DNA of 64,000 nt from Nageia nagi (taxonomy: Eukaryota; Plantae; Pinophyta). The stretch is from NCBI GenBank assembly GCA_050084985.1, contig JBITNC010000001.1, positions 188,170,001 to 188,234,000 on the forward strand, in the 5' to 3' direction. The position numbers and the translations under genes were made by a program. This document shows, in pieces, positions 62,101-64,000 of the stretch (position 1 is the stretch's first letter; each line of letters begins with the position of its first letter). The notes below the pieces were generated by a model, which had not been told where the DNA came from, did no database searches, and saw nothing but the letters and a program-made list of their open reading frames with translations.

Positions 62101-64000
62101 CATCGTCTATATCTATAGGCATTAACGAAGAAACACTTGCCCTTGCATCAACATACCTACTATTTGTCCTTGGAATGCTCTCAATTGTATATTTATCAAA
62201 GTGATTCAACAAATCAAAAATTGCTTCTTTACATGGTTTTAGCTTCTCATCCTTTGTATTGTAGATATCTTCAACTTGGATAACCATAAGTTTGAAATTG
62301 CCATAGATATTCAATTCTTTGATTTTTAGCAAGGGAAATGCTCTTAGACCCAACAATAATGCTTCATACTCTGCCATGTTGTTAGTACAATCAAATCCAA
62401 GTTTATATGCCATTAAGATTACATAATTAGTTGGAGAAACTAATACAATACCTGCTCCTGCTCCATGCGTACATTTAGATCGTCAAAATATGATGCCCAC
62501 ATCTTTGGTTCATCTTTCATGTAACAAAAAACTCATCCGAAACCTCCCATTGATCACTATAATAATGCATATGCATGCCACCATAACGTCCATGCTCTAA
62601 AGGAGGCATATACTGATCATAATCATCTGGGAATTCTTCATGTACAGCTACCCTGTCATTAAGAGGAAACTTTGCTATTTCTAGCCTTTTATTGACTTTT
62701 TTTAACTACATTGATATCAAATTCTTGAAACAACATTAACTATTTTGCTACTCTTCTTGACAAATATTGCCTAGCTATGAGGTATTTCAATGGATTTACT
62801 GGACTAACAACATATATGGTGCAATACAACAAATAATGCCTCAATTTTTCTATTGCAAAAACTATACCAAAGTAGAGTTTTTCCATTGGAGTGTACCTTA
62901 TTTCATAATCTATGAAAGTTTTTTTGAGATAGTAGATTGCTCTCTCCTTCTTTCCATAATTCTACTGGTATAACATTGCCCCCAAGGTAACCCTTATAGT
63001 TGAAATGTAGAGATATGCTTCTTTGCTAAAATCCTTATGTACTAAAATAGGAGGGTTAAACAAATATTATTTTATATTCTCAAATGCTTTTGATATTTTT
63101 CATCCCATATGAATTTAATATCCTTCTTTAATAAATGAGTAAAATGCAAACACTTATCTCCAAGTTGTGAAATAAATCTTCTTACCGAATTTATCTTACC
63201 TTAAAGACTTCTAAATTGCTTTAGATTTTTTGGAGGTGGGATACTTACAATTGCATTTACCTTCTTGGGATCCACTTCAATAACTCTTTTGGAAACCATA
63301 AATCCTAGTAATTTTTCTGAAGTGACACCAAAATCACACTTTTGTAGTTTTAACCTAAGCTTGTATTTCTTAAGTATGCCAAAAACTTCTTCAAGGAGCT
63401 CCAAACAATCCTATCCCTATTTAGATTTTACCAAGATATCATCAACATAAACATCTACAAATTTATGAATTTGCTCATGAAACATAGTTACCAGTGCACG
63501 CTGATAAGCTGCACCTACATTTTTCAATCCAAATGGCATAACTTTCTAAAAACTATTTTTCCAAGGTGTAGTAAAGGTTATTTTATGTTGATCGGTTGGA
63601 TTGACTAGAATCTGACTATAATTAGAAAAACCATCCATAAAAGATAACGTATCATGATTAGCAATACTATCCATAATCATATCAATATTTGACAATAAAA
63701 AATCATCTTTTGGGCATGCATTATTGATATCTTTGAATTCAATACAAATTCTTATTTCTTTAGTTGGTTTAGTGATAGGAACAATGTTAGCCATCCATTA
63801 TGAATAATCTATGAGTCTAATACAACCAACATTCAAAATTTTTCAATTTCTTTCTTGATTAGTAATGCCTTTGATGGATGCATCTTCCTTGGTTTTTGCA
63901 TAACAAGTTTTGTATCTTTTTTCAATGGTAAACTATGCATTACAAAATATGTATCTAAACCAAACATATCAAAATAAGACCAAGCAAAATTTTTATGACA
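59183..64000 (-). mobile_element. Ty3/gypsy Tat (Ogre/Retand-type) element with RT-RH-aRH-INT order, running off the window
   Basis: 3' LTR 59183-59809 (TGTAGAT...ATCTACA) with PPT AAAGAGGGGCAAAA. Integrase (DNGTNF, ALWSYR...GETPFSLVYG) at 60830-61950, aRH (CTNNMAEYEALLLGL) at 62100-62520, RT (ACPKDDF, FMDGFS) at 63200-63900. Confidence 0.92.
60371..60580. repeat. Tandem repeat (135-bp period) in the Tat 3' UTR
   Basis: TGAACTCTCACTA...GACATTATGCTT at 60371 and 60506. Confidence 0.88.

Overview
Eukaryotic plant nuclear DNA, AT-rich and CpG-depleted. A gymnosperm host is inferred from the Tat-lineage domain orders and the TE landscape; the species cannot be determined. The only intact host gene I can support is an intronless-CDS P-class PPR gene (14365-16428, about 18 motifs, built by hierarchical 2-motif and 4-motif duplication). 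Almost everything else is nested transposable elements. Ty1/copia: two complete but defective elements (3128-11955 and 38540-44333, both with perfect TSDs) plus several remnants. Ty3/gypsy: two Tat elements with different dual-RNase H architectures, a large-LTR non-autonomous element with only about 0.7 kb of internal DNA, and further remnants. Other elements: a hAT transposon (17682-22640), three copies of one LTR family (two are TSD-flanked solo LTRs) and a tRNA-type SINE with a visible empty site. The three most notable observations are: (1) the young copia element carries a decayed PLS-class PPR gene fragment inside a probable 3-kb leader intron; (2) a TSD-flanked L1-derived element encodes only ORF1 (HAL1-like) and shares a 3' stem-loop terminus with two other fragments; (3) the copia 3' UTR holds a spaced array of 46-bp hairpin repeats with compensatory base changes. 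All calls were made by eye; no database searches were run.
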